Shown: positions 1 to 7,579, counted from the first letter of the stretch. The stretch: 40,703 bases of DNA from a virus (IMGVR_UViG_3300024179_000006:1-40703), one strand, 5' to 3'. The notes: generated by a model not told the origin, from the letters alone. Numbers and translations: made by a program.

Positions 1-38
1 ATCGCCTCGAGTTCCTCGATGTGCTCGACCTGCGTCAT
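1..38 (-). CDS. 5' part of a 58-aa ORF crossing the window junction (continues at 40703..40565); possible excisionase/RDF by position
   Basis: ATG at 38 overlaps the TGA of the upstream ORF (ATGA); MTQVEHIEELEA + AT|C joins in frame to MGERIKKLR... at the window end. Confidence 0.7.
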   Translation of the reverse strand, partial: MTQVEHIEELEA

Positions 39-121
39 CCCCGCAGCCTCGCAATCTCGCTGACGACGAGTGCGCCCATCACCAGTGTCGTGACGAGGTT
101 CAGCGCGTCTTGCAGCGTCAC
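35..121 (-). CDS. Small hydrophobic peptide (28 aa, single TM)
   Basis: GTGA overlap with 118..390 and ATGA overlap downstream; VTLQDALNLVTTLVMGALVVSEIARLRG. Confidence 0.5.
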   Translation of the reverse strand: MTLQDALNLVTTLVMGALVVSEIARLRG

Positions 122-390
122 GGCTTGTCTCCGCTCGGGTCCGCGAGCGCGGCGCGGAGTTCGTCGATCGCGTTCTCCATGGCCTCGGAGTCGAGGAATG
201 CCTCGTCGGTATTGCCGAGCCCGTATTCGGCGCATCGGTTGCCCCAGTCAGGCAGCAGCGCCTCCACCCGCGCCAGCTTGGCCTTGCAGTCGGCGAGTTC
301 GGTGGTGCGCGACTCCAGGTCGCGCCGCAGCCCATCCACCACGTCCTTGGTCAAAGCGTTAGCGACCTCTTGCAAGCTCATCAGACTCAT
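118..390 (-). CDS. Hypothetical coiled-coil early protein
   Basis: ATGA-coupled to bet; helical heptad-like sequence. Confidence 0.65.
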   Translation of the reverse strand: MSLMSLQEVANALTKDVVDGLRRDLESRTTELADCKAKLARVEALLPDWGNRCAEYGLGNTDEAFLDSEAMENAIDELRAALADPSGDKP

Positions 391-1430
391 GTCGCCTCCG
401 GATCGAGCCAGCTGCCCTTGGCATCGTCGGTGCGGTCATCGATGACGTTCTGCAGCGCTGCGCCGATGTCGATGCCCTTGCGTGAGAGCTGCTCGGCCTT
501 GCGCTCATCGTCGAGCCGCAGCGCAATCTCGGCCTCTGCCTCGAGCAGGCGCTCAGCAGCTTGCGTGGCAGCCTTGGTGCCCTTGCGCTCGTGCACGACA
601 GCGGCCAGGTAGTCGCTGTACTCGATGAGCACGTCGGTGGGCGCGTCGAGAAGATACTTGCCATTCCATTCAACGGACGCCTTCCATTGGAACTTGCACG
701 GCGGAGTGATTGGCGTTGGCCAGCCGTCTCTGACGCTGGCTGCCGCTGGCGGCGGCACGCTGGCAGGTTTGTTTGCTGCCGGCAGCGCGTTCGCAGGCGC
801 CCGCGAGACGACCGATGCTCGCACAGGCTCGTTGTCGGCCTGTCCCATCTCGTCGTCGGTGTACAGCCCTGACAGCTCCTGCGGGAACGCCGTGCGCAGG
901 CAGAGCGCCTCGGCGCACTTCGCCAGCTGCTCTGCGTGCATCTTCGCCCACATGCTGTTGGGCTTGTTGTCCTTCGTGGTCTGCACGTAGGCGTCATACC
1001 GAGCCACGCGCAACAGCGGCTCGTCGAAGTCGGCGCGACGCACGGCTGCACGCGCAGCCATGGGCGGCTCATTCTGCAGCCACACGTCGGTCCACCGGCC
1101 ATCGGGACCGCACCACTCGAACGGACGCTGGCCGCGGTACTTGCCTGTGCGTTCGGCGATGAGGCGGAAACCGTCGATGCCGGTCTGGATGGTCATCCGG
1201 TCGACCTTGCGCTGCAGGTTCGCGTCCCACGTCGGCCGGATGGTCACGTAGATTTGCTTGGCGAACGGATCGAGGCCCGTGCGCTTGCAGACCTCCTTGA
1301 ACATCGCCAGCTGCTGGTCGTTGATGCCGGGGCAGATGACGTTCTTGATGACGTCGATCTGCTCCCGCGTCCAATACGCCACGTCGTCCTTGGCGATGCT
1401 GTTGCTCGTGGTCTTAGCCAGCTGTGTCAT
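387..1430 (-). CDS. bet: Phage ssDNA-annealing recombinase, Bet/RecT family
   Basis: GLDPFAKQIY, TIQTGIDGFRLIAERTG, AKCAEALCLRTAFPQELSGLYTDDEM are hallmark lambda-Bet family motifs. Confidence 0.92.
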   Translation of the reverse strand: MTQLAKTTSNSIAKDDVAYWTREQIDVIKNVICPGINDQQLAMFKEVCKRTGLDPFAKQIYVTIRPTWDANLQRKVDRMTIQTGIDGFRLIAERTGKYRGQRPFEWCGPDGRWTDVWLQNEPPMAARAAVRRADFDEPLLRVARYDAYVQTTKDNKPNSMWAKMHAEQLAKCAEALCLRTAFPQELSGLYTDDEMGQADNEPVRASVVSRAPANALPAANKPASVPPPAAASVRDGWPTPITPPCKFQWKASVEWNGKYLLDAPTDVLIEYSDYLAAVVHERKGTKAATQAAERLLEAEAEIALRLDDERKAEQLSRKGIDIGAALQNVIDDRTDDAKGSWLDPEAT

Positions 1431-1843
1431 GGTTCGTTTCCTCTCGCGGCGTTTTGTCGTTCGTAGTCGTCACGGCGCTGCTCGTCCTCGGCTTCTTCTC
1501 TGAGGGCATCTCGACGGGCTCGACGCGCCTCTACGGCTTCGATGTACAGCTGGTTGTGAAGCGCTGGGTCGTCTGTCGCGACGAGCTTCGGGCCGCGCTT
1601 CGAGCCTTTGTCCTTGCGAGTCTGCCGCGCACGGACGCGGTAGCCAGCGCTGGACAGCTCCGCCGCTTGCCGCTGCAGCAGCTTCTTCTGCTTCGCGAGC
1701 TCGGCGACGTCGCTGCGCAGCTTGGCCTTGCGCGCTTGCAGCTCGGCCTGTGCAGCCTTGATGACGGCCGCCAGCGTCGCGCTGTCGCGCTTGCGCAGTT
1801 CGATGATGTCGAGCGATGCCTGCAGTTGTGCCTCAAGCGACAT
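1427..1843 (-). CDS. Hypothetical coiled-coil protein
   Basis: Translationally coupled to bet; long charged helix. Confidence 0.65.
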   Translation of the reverse strand: MSLEAQLQASLDIIELRKRDSATLAAVIKAAQAELQARKAKLRSDVAELAKQKKLLQRQAAELSSAGYRVRARQTRKDKGSKRGPKLVATDDPALHNQLYIEAVEARRARRDALREEAEDEQRRDDYERQNAARGNEP

Positions 1844-2054
1844 GGCTCGCCTCCATCTCTTCCATGACCAGTTCGTTCCAACCTTCGGCGGCGTCCTCGA
1901 AGGTCTTGAAGCTCGTCACCGCCTGGCGTTTGCCATCGGGCGCGCCGTCGTAGCAGTCAGGGCAGTGGATGACCCAAGGGCCGTCCCAGCCACCGAGCAG
2001 CACGTTCTCGACATCCGGCACACCGCCGCACGGGCATCGCAGCAGCGCGGTCAT
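1833..2054 (-). CDS. Lar-like (restriction alleviation family) zinc-finger protein
   Basis: LLRCPCGG...IHCPDC...EDAAEGWN matches the Lar-family CP(F)CG / CxxC / A...WN pattern. Confidence 0.6.
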   Translation of the reverse strand: MTALLRCPCGGVPDVENVLLGGWDGPWVIHCPDCYDGAPDGKRQAVTSFKTFEDAAEGWNELVMEEMEASHVA

Positions 2055-2245
2055 GGCAGCACCTCGCGGTCCATCTCCAGCTGCCCCGTTAGCTGGCGAA
2101 TCTGCCGCTCGAGAGCAGCACGCAGGTTGCGCTCGTACTCGAGCTCGTTGCGGAGCATGCGGACCTCAGCAGCGAGCAGCCACTCGACGCCGTTAGCCGA
2201 GGCACTCATCGCCTCGTCGACATCTTCTGGCGTCGGCCGGCTCAT
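2051..2245 (-). CDS. Hypothetical protein (paralogue of 38256..38597)
   Basis: ATGA overlaps on both sides; MSRPTPEDVDEA...LAAEVRMLRNEL. Confidence 0.65.
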   Translation of the reverse strand: MSRPTPEDVDEAMSASANGVEWLLAAEVRMLRNELEYERNLRAALERQIRQLTGQLEMDREVLP

Positions 2246-2517
2246 CGCTCGAACCTCCGCGCCTGCAGTTCAATCTCGTCGTCGTACGCGTCGCAGAACA
2301 CGTCGCCGAGCAGCGAACCCTTCTCCATGCCCTCGGCGCCCTCGAGCGTCACGTACAGGCGCAGCGCGTCGTACGCATCGTCGAGCGGCAGCTGGTCGTA
2401 CTCGCGCTCCTCACGCGCGATGTTCTTGCGCGCTGCCGCACGACCGGCCTGCTTCGCCTGCTCGAGCGTCAGCGTGTTGCCTTCCCATCCACGCAGTTCC
2501 AGGTGTTGTCCGTCCAT
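2242..2517 (-). CDS. Hypothetical protein, first gene of leftward early operon
   Basis: GGAGGG RBS upstream of ATG at 2517, directly downstream of PL-like promoter. Confidence 0.65.
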   Translation of the reverse strand: MDGQHLELRGWEGNTLTLEQAKQAGRAAARKNIAREEREYDQLPLDDAYDALRLYVTLEGAEGMEKGSLLGDVFCDAYDDEIELQARRFER

Positions 2518-2537
2518 GTCCCGACCCTCCATCTGAA

Positions 2538-2584
2538 GTTCACATTAGCGAACTGGCAGTCGGCGGTCAATCACATTTGCGAAC
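2538..2584. promoter_or_regulatory. Two repressor operators (OL-like)
   Basis: GTTCACATTAGCGAAC (2538-2553) and AATCACATTTGCGAAC (2569-2584); imperfect 16-bp palindromes repeated at 3501-3561. Confidence 0.7.
2542..2570 (-). promoter_or_regulatory. Sigma70-type leftward early promoter (PL-like)
   Basis: Minus strand TTGACC-N17-TAATGT, overlapped by two operator sites. Confidence 0.75.
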
Positions 2585-2588
2585 TCAT

Positions 2589-2617
2589 TTGACGATTTTC
2601 GCAAACCCCCCGAATAT
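2589..2617 (+). promoter_or_regulatory. Putative promoter for the immunity-region lipoprotein
   Basis: TTGACG-N17-GAATAT ending 7 nt before ATG 2625. Confidence 0.45.
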
Positions 2618-2624
2618 CAGGGGC

Positions 2625-3017
2625 ATGCAAGAACGCCTCTCCGCGTGTTTCGTCATGTTTCTGGTCGGCTGCGCGAGTGACGAAAGTGCTGTCTGTACTT
2701 TCCCGGACAATGCAGTGTTCGAGGCGCAGTACACGGAGCGCGCGGGCGGTACGTGCGGCCCCATCGACAACGCGAACATCACATCGCGCGGCACCGGCGA
2801 GACCCAGTCGTCCTGCGCGATCCCCGCGTGGACCGTAGACGACGGCGGCTGTCACCGCGCGCGGCTGTTCACCTGCATCTTCGACCAGGAGACCGTCATC
2901 TCGAACGAGGAACTGATGTACCTGTCGAACGACGACTGGGCAGGTACGTACAGCACGCGAGTGACTGGCCCATCGGTCTGCGCGAGTGTCTACGACCTCG
3001 TGCTCGTTAGGCGCTAG
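2625..3017 (+). CDS. Cys-rich lipoprotein (possible superinfection exclusion/moron)
   Basis: MQERLSACFVMFLVGC lipobox; six further Cys; convergent with repressor gene. Confidence 0.65.
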   Translation: MQERLSACFVMFLVGCASDESAVCTFPDNAVFEAQYTERAGGTCGPIDNANITSRGTGETQSSCAIPAWTVDDGGCHRARLFTCIFDQETVISNEELMYLSNDDWAGTYSTRVTGPSVCASVYDLVLVRR

Positions 3018-3498
3018 TGCGCCGACGACCGACCGTCCGACGTTCAGCCACCTCGAGCTTGTGACGCAATAGTTTCAGCTCGGACTCCTGCTCGTGGATG
3101 AGCACGTCCTTCTGCGCGAGCATGGCGAGGATGCGCTCAAGTTGCGAGGCTGTTTCGGCCTGCTGCTTCTCGACGCGCGCCATCCGGTTTTCGGTGCGTC
3201 GCTCCTCGAGTGAGTACAGCCTGTGGTCGACCTCACCGTCGTACTCGTCGAAGAAGTAGTCCGGTGAGGTTTGAAAGCCGTCTTTCACACGCCGGACTAT
3301 CTCAGCCCCGAAGCCGGTTCGACCAGCGTTCGCATCCTTCGTGATGTTAATCCACGTACTTAGGTAAGACTTGCTCAGACCTGTGCGTCTGCACATTTCC
3401 TCCTGTGGCATACCCTTACCCGATTGGTATAGCTGATTGAGTAGCCAGTGGAACCGCAATCCCTCGCGACTCAGCTCATGTTTGGCTTTTTTGCCCAC
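3007..3498 (-). CDS. CI-like XRE repressor with C-terminal coiled coil
   Basis: HTH (MPQEEMCRRTGLSKSYLSTWIN); divergent from Cro-like gene; GTG at 3498 preferred over the ORF-track start, which overlaps cro. Confidence 0.7.
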   Translation of the reverse strand: MGKKAKHELSREGLRFHWLLNQLYQSGKGMPQEEMCRRTGLSKSYLSTWINITKDANAGRTGFGAEIVRRVKDGFQTSPDYFFDEYDGEVDHRLYSLEERRTENRMARVEKQQAETASQLERILAMLAQKDVLIHEQESELKLLRHKLEVAERRTVGRRRTSA

Positions 3499-3500
3499 GA

Positions 3501-3563
3501 GCCAAGTATTGCGAACTTCAAGTTCACATTTGCGTTGACTTGGAAGTTCACAAGTGAGAATCT
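3501..3563. promoter_or_regulatory. OR-like operators and rightward promoter
   Basis: GCCAAGTATTGCGAAC (3501-3516, half site), GTTCACATTTGCGTTG (3522-3537), GTTCACAAGTGAGAAT (3546-3561); TTGACT at 3535-3540. Confidence 0.65.
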
Positions 3564-3569
3564 CGGGCA

Positions 3570-3779
3570 ATGCGACGGCTTGCCCCGAACGAACGGCTTC
3601 GAGAGTTTCGAAAGTCAAAACAGCTCTCCCTGGATGAGCTCGCCGAGAAAATAGGCTGCGCGCCGAGCCATCTGTCGATGGTCATCACGGGCAGCCGCGT
3701 TCCCGGCCTGCGCCTGGCCTTTGCGATCGAGCACGCGCTTGGCATCGACGCTGAGGACTGGGTTCGTCGTGCTGGCTGA
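3570..3779 (+). CDS. Cro-like XRE HTH regulator
   Basis: LREFRKSKQLSLDELAEKIGCAPSHLSMVITGSRVP is a canonical HTH_3 domain; 69 aa; divergent from CI. Confidence 0.85.
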   Translation: MRRLAPNERLREFRKSKQLSLDELAEKIGCAPSHLSMVITGSRVPGLRLAFAIEHALGIDAEDWVRRAG

Positions 3780-3882
3780 ACGCATGCCTGTCAGGCATCG
3801 CCCGTACAAGCGGGGTCAGTCAAGCACTATCGACTACATTGTAAGACAAATGTCATACTTTCTGGTTACGTCTGTATTCTCT

Positions 3883-4053
3883 GATTCGGCCGTCGGAAGC
3901 TGTGGATGGGTCCCCGTGCTGTTAACACGGGCTTACTCGTCCGCAGCTTCGGGCGTAGCGAATCCCCCCTCGCTGCTGCTCGCGTGGCGCCCGCCGTCCG
4001 CCTGACTGTTGCTGACCCGCATTCAAGGCAGGACGGCGCGCCCACGCCCTTTT
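3883..4053 (+). ncRNA. Structured RNA leader/intergenic RNA: two long hairpins
   Basis: GAAGCTGTGGATGGGT (3896-3911) pairs with ACTCGTCCGCAGCTTC (3935-3950) using three G-U pairs on + strand; second hairpin 3982-4047 followed by CTTTT. Confidence 0.55.
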
Positions 4054-4068
4054 CACAGGAGCCTTTGC

Positions 4069-4887
4069 ATGACCTGGTTCAAGATCGACGACAACCTGTT
4101 GGAACATCCGAAGTTCCTGCAGTTGTCTGACGGCGCACAGCTGCTTTGGATGCGCGCAGGAGTCTGGTCAGCTCGGTATCTGACCGAAGGTCTCATCCCC
4201 CCCGCTCTCGTCGAAAAGTACGGGAGGGATGAGTGCGCGGCCGAGCTTGTTGACGCGGGCTTGTGGGAGCACGCCGAGGGCGGCTTCCAGTTCCACGACT
4301 GGCTCGACTACCAACCAAGCAAAGCACAGGTCGAGGCGTCCCGCCAGAAAACGGCCGCGCGGGTGTCCAAGCACCGACGTAACGGCGTTAGTAACGGCGT
4401 TACACACGGCGTTAGTAACGGTGCTCCCGGTCCCGGTCCCGATCCTAAGAAAGAAAGAGAGAGAGACGCGCGCGCACGCGAAGTCGGGCCGGACACCCTC
4501 TTTCGAAAGCCTCTCGGGGAACCACCGGCCAACCTGCCACCAGACGAACCGACCCTGAGTCAGAGGCTGGCTAAGAGGTTCGGTGAGCTTCACGACGCGC
4601 TCTACATCGAGGCGAAGGGGGCTCCGCCTGAGTGGCCATGGAGCGGCCGGAACGACCACGGCTACCTCGTCGACATCGCGCATCGGTGCGAAGAACACGC
4701 CAAGCGTATCCCAGGGCTCGCACCGAGCCGCGTCGGAGCCGCCGTCCTCGCGGCGTTCTTCGAACAGCCACGACGCCGAGTCGAGAACGCCAAGCCCAAG
4801 TTTCTGCTGGCCGACTTCGATGACCTGGCCCGCAACAGCGACAGCCTGCGCGAGACAGCAGCTCAACTCCGGGTGGTGGCGACATGA
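4069..4887 (+). CDS. Replication initiator / replisome organiser
   Basis: MTWFKIDD...HPKF, LVDAGLWE...FHDWLDYQPS N-terminal motif of phage replisome organisers; AGGAG RBS; internal iterons; upstream of DnaB. Confidence 0.8.
   Translation: MTWFKIDDNLLEHPKFLQLSDGAQLLWMRAGVWSARYLTEGLIPPALVEKYGRDECAAELVDAGLWEHAEGGFQFHDWLDYQPSKAQVEASRQKTAARVSKHRRNGVSNGVTHGVSNGAPGPGPDPKKERERDARAREVGPDTLFRKPLGEPPANLPPDEPTLSQRLAKRFGELHDALYIEAKGAPPEWPWSGRNDHGYLVDIAHRCEEHAKRIPGLAPSRVGAAVLAAFFEQPRRRVENAKPKFLLADFDDLARNSDSLRETAAQLRVVAT
4379..4426 (+). repeat. Iterons (likely replication origin)
   Basis: Four 12-bp units GTAACGGCGTTA / GTAACGGCGTTA / CACACGGCGTTA / GTAACGGTGCTC, followed by a purine tract near 4448-4464. 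Confidence 0.65.
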
Positions 4888-6200
4888 GCCTACCGCACAC
4901 CGACGTAGCGCTCGAGCAGCTCTACCTCCGCAGCTGCATCCGCGGAACGCGCTCGGGCCATCTGATCAACGGCGACGAGAGGCTCGCCCCCGCTGACTGC
5001 TCGGACCCAACCGTCGCGGCAATCCTGAGCGCCGTGCAGGCGCTGGCAGACTCCGGGGTAAGGGTCGACGCGTTCACGGCCGCGCAGGCCGTAGAGAAGC
5101 TGCCAGGGGCCTTGGCGCTGCCTCGGCTTCTGGACGGCGACGTGTCCAAGGCTGTCGAGCGGATGGCGGACAAGCTTCGCGAGCTGGCGAAGCGCAGGCG
5201 CAGACACAACGTCGTGAGGCTCGCCCTCGCCGCATCTTTGGACAGCCGCGACGACGCGGTGACAGAGCACGCGGTTGCGCTGGCGAGTGAGGCGACCGAG
5301 GCGCGGCCCGAGGAGAACATGGCCGCGCACGAAGCTGTGTTCCGGTCTGCCGACTACTTCATGACGCTCGAGAAGGGGCGCGAGAGGCGCACTGGCTTCG
5401 GGCTGATCGACAGGGCGATCGGGTCGCTCCAACCCGGCTCACTGACCATCGTTGGCGGAACGACAGGCAGCGGCAAGAGCTCGCTCATGCTCGCGATGGC
5501 TCTGTCGCAAGCACGCGGCGGCATGCCGGCTTGCATTGTGTCACTCGAGGACTCGCTCGTAGTTTGGGGGCCACGCATCATCGCTCACGTCGCGGGACTC
5601 AATCCAGATGAGATGGTCCCTGGGATGAGCGACCGCGCGAACACCGCTGCGAAGCGCACGTACGAAGAGACCAAACGCGTAGGCAACCTGTTCTTCAGCT
5701 TCGAGACCGGGCGACCGATCGAGCACGTGCTGCGCGCCATCCGGCACAACGTGCGCGCGCATGGTTGCAAGGTCGTCTACGTCGACTACCTGCAGGCGAT
5801 CGGTTGGGAGCCTGGCAAGGATGAGACGCGGCGCCTGCACATCTCGCATGCCGTGAGCTCGATGAAATCGCTGTGCGCGTCACTCGGCGTAGCGCTCGTA
5901 CTCGGCTCGCAGCTCTCGCGGCCAGAGAAGGGCCGCGAGTACAAGGAGCCGAATGCGTCAGACCTAAAAGAGTCTGGCGACATCGAGAACATGGCGGAAG
6001 TCGTGATGCTGTTGTGGAAGGACGGCGACAGCGACGCCAGCAAGACACTCGGAAAGATTGCCAAGGTGAAGTGGTCAGCCGCTCGGCCGCGGTTCGAAGT
6101 CCATCGGCACGCGGGGTCAGGCGCCGTCAGTGCGGTCGAGTCGATGCTCGCGACGGTAACGCGGTTGCCGAACACGAGCGCGCGCCTGGAGGACTTGTGA
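4884..6200 (+). CDS. dnaB: DnaB-like replicative helicase
   Basis: Walker A GGTTGSGKS, VYVDYLQ, SQLSR, DLKESGDIENMAEVVMLL. Confidence 0.92.
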   Translation: MSLPHTDVALEQLYLRSCIRGTRSGHLINGDERLAPADCSDPTVAAILSAVQALADSGVRVDAFTAAQAVEKLPGALALPRLLDGDVSKAVERMADKLRELAKRRRRHNVVRLALAASLDSRDDAVTEHAVALASEATEARPEENMAAHEAVFRSADYFMTLEKGRERRTGFGLIDRAIGSLQPGSLTIVGGTTGSGKSSLMLAMALSQARGGMPACIVSLEDSLVVWGPRIIAHVAGLNPDEMVPGMSDRANTAAKRTYEETKRVGNLFFSFETGRPIEHVLRAIRHNVRAHGCKVVYVDYLQAIGWEPGKDETRRLHISHAVSSMKSLCASLGVALVLGSQLSRPEKGREYKEPNASDLKESGDIENMAEVVMLLWKDGDSDASKTLGKIAKVKWSAARPRFEVHRHAGSGAVSAVESMLATVTRLPNTSARLEDL

Positions 6201-6412
6201 GCGAGTTCGATGACGAAGAGCAAGAGGCCTACGAGGCCATCCAGCAGACGAAAATGCGGCACGCGCGCGCGCTGCACAACTCGGGCGCTGACGGCTACGA
6301 GCTCGTGCTGTCGAGCGATCCGGCGATCGCGCACCGGCCACTGAATCCAGAACGACTGAGCGCGGTAGTCGCGCGCGTGCTTGAGGGTCTAGCAAAAGGG
6401 GAGCGAACATGA
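6197..6412 (+). CDS. Hypothetical protein
   Basis: GTGA overlap with dnaB stop, ATGA overlap downstream. Confidence 0.55.
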   Translation: MSEFDDEEQEAYEAIQQTKMRHARALHNSGADGYELVLSSDPAIAHRPLNPERLSAVVARVLEGLAKGERT

Positions 6413-6849
6413 AGCAGCTAACGGCGGCAAAGCGGCGCAGGCCGACCACGCAGAAGATGCTCGCGCTGTACGCCGAGCAGTACGACTTCGGGGACCATTC
6501 CGAGGTGCGGCTGACAACGCCGCTGCAGCTCGTGAGCGAGGCCAACCAGCGAGAGCACTGGAGTGCGCGCTACCACCGCAAGCAGGAACAGCAGAGCTTC
6601 ATGGAGCAGGTGTTGCCGCTGGCAGGCAGGCTCATGAAGGGCGCGTGCGTGCGGCTGATTCGTCTCGAGCGGTACGGGCGCAAGATGGACGCGGACAACC
6701 TGGTCGGCTCGTTCAAGCACGTGCAGGACGCGATAGCCAAGTGGCTCGGCGCCGACGATGGCGACCTCGAGTGGGCGTACGCGCAAGCCGTTGACGCTGA
6801 CGGCTGCAAGGGGCTGCGTGTGACGTTTCTGATCGAGAGGCAAACATGA
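6409..6849 (+). CDS. RusA-like Holliday junction resolvase
   Basis: SEANQREHW...DADNLVGSFKHVQDAIAKWLGADD matches the RusA D-x-D-N...K...D catalytic pattern. Confidence 0.7.
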   Translation: MKQLTAAKRRRPTTQKMLALYAEQYDFGDHSEVRLTTPLQLVSEANQREHWSARYHRKQEQQSFMEQVLPLAGRLMKGACVRLIRLERYGRKMDADNLVGSFKHVQDAIAKWLGADDGDLEWAYAQAVDADGCKGLRVTFLIERQT

Positions 6850-7022
6850 GCGTGCGCGTTGACTATCTCAAGCTTCGGCGAGTGCTGCTCCCATGGTGCA
6901 TGCGGCCGGGCTGCTGGAAACATTCTTACGTGTCGAACAAGGGTCGGCGAGGGAATCTGTGCCCGGTTCATGCGTGGGAAGCCATCCAAACGGCACTCAA
7001 CGATGAGGCGTTCGATGAGTAA
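6846..7022 (+). CDS. Small zinc-finger-like protein (58 aa)
   Basis: ATGA coupling; C-x4-C...C-x2-H (WCMRPGC...LCPVH); below ORF-track cutoff. Confidence 0.5.
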   Translation: MSVRVDYLKLRRVLLPWCMRPGCWKHSYVSNKGRRGNLCPVHAWEAIQTALNDEAFDE

Positions 7023-7263
7023 CGCTGCTGCACTCGACATCGTTCGCAGCGAGGCGCTGTCCGTGCGTGCTGTGCGGTACGCATATGCCACCTGGCACGA
7101 GGTGATCGTCTCGCTGATGCGCGGCGCACGCGAGCTGGAGAACATCGGCGAGCACACGCAAGCGGTTGCGCTGCGCAAGGATGCCGAGCACATCACGCGC
7201 AGGTGCATGCGGCACCTGAAGCGCATGCAGATGGCTGCAAACACAAATGGAGGCGAGCCGTGA
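7015..7263 (+). CDS. Hypothetical protein
   Basis: GAGG RBS before ATG 7015; coupled to next ORF. Confidence 0.55.
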   Translation: MSNAAALDIVRSEALSVRAVRYAYATWHEVIVSLMRGARELENIGEHTQAVALRKDAEHITRRCMRHLKRMQMAANTNGGEP

Positions 7264-7499
7264 CATACGACGAAGAGAGGCACGCGGACATGATGCGATG
7301 GGCACGGAAAACGCCGCCTGACATGGTCTCCAGTCGCCAGGTGGCCAACGGGTACACCATCGAGACCACACACGACATGCGCGGCGGTGCCGCGTGGGTA
7401 AGCCCATGTGGCAAGTACGTCTTGTGCAGCCCATTCACGGCAACAGAGCTCGTTGAGTACCTAGCCAACAACGACATCCATCCGGCGGTGTCGCCATGA
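7260..7499 (+). CDS. Hypothetical protein
   Basis: GGAGG RBS, GTGA overlap. Confidence 0.55.
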   Translation: MTYDEERHADMMRWARKTPPDMVSSRQVANGYTIETTHDMRGGAAWVSPCGKYVLCSPFTATELVEYLANNDIHPAVSP

Positions 7500-7579
7500 C
7501 CGACCTGGCGTTGACCCTGTGGATTACGCTGGGCGCTGTGTGGTTCGGCGCTGTGCTGTCGATGGTGCTTGCGCCGTGA
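7496..7579 (+). CDS. Small single-TM peptide (27 aa)
   Basis: MTDLALTLWITLGAVWFGAVLSMVLAP, ATGA and GTGA overlaps at both ends. Confidence 0.5.
   Translation: MTDLALTLWITLGAVWFGAVLSMVLAP

Noticed and set aside
2538-2553. Host LexA/SOS box
   Set aside because: GTTC-N8-GAAC does not fit the LexA boxes I know (CTGT-N8-ACAG, GAAC-N4-GTTC, GTTC-N7-GTTC); clustering at PL/PR fits phage repressor operators better
1722-2624. N-terminal 300 aa of the 431-aa ORF 1722..3017
   Set aside because: Overlaps four coupled minus-strand genes and the operator region; only the part from ATG 2625 looks like a protein
4529-4538. 10-nt match (CCAACCTGCC) between a loop of the 19147-19250 RNA and the rep coding sequence as an antisense target
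   Set aside because: A 10-mer GC-rich match is plausible by chance in 40 kb and lies mid-gene; not supportable without conservation
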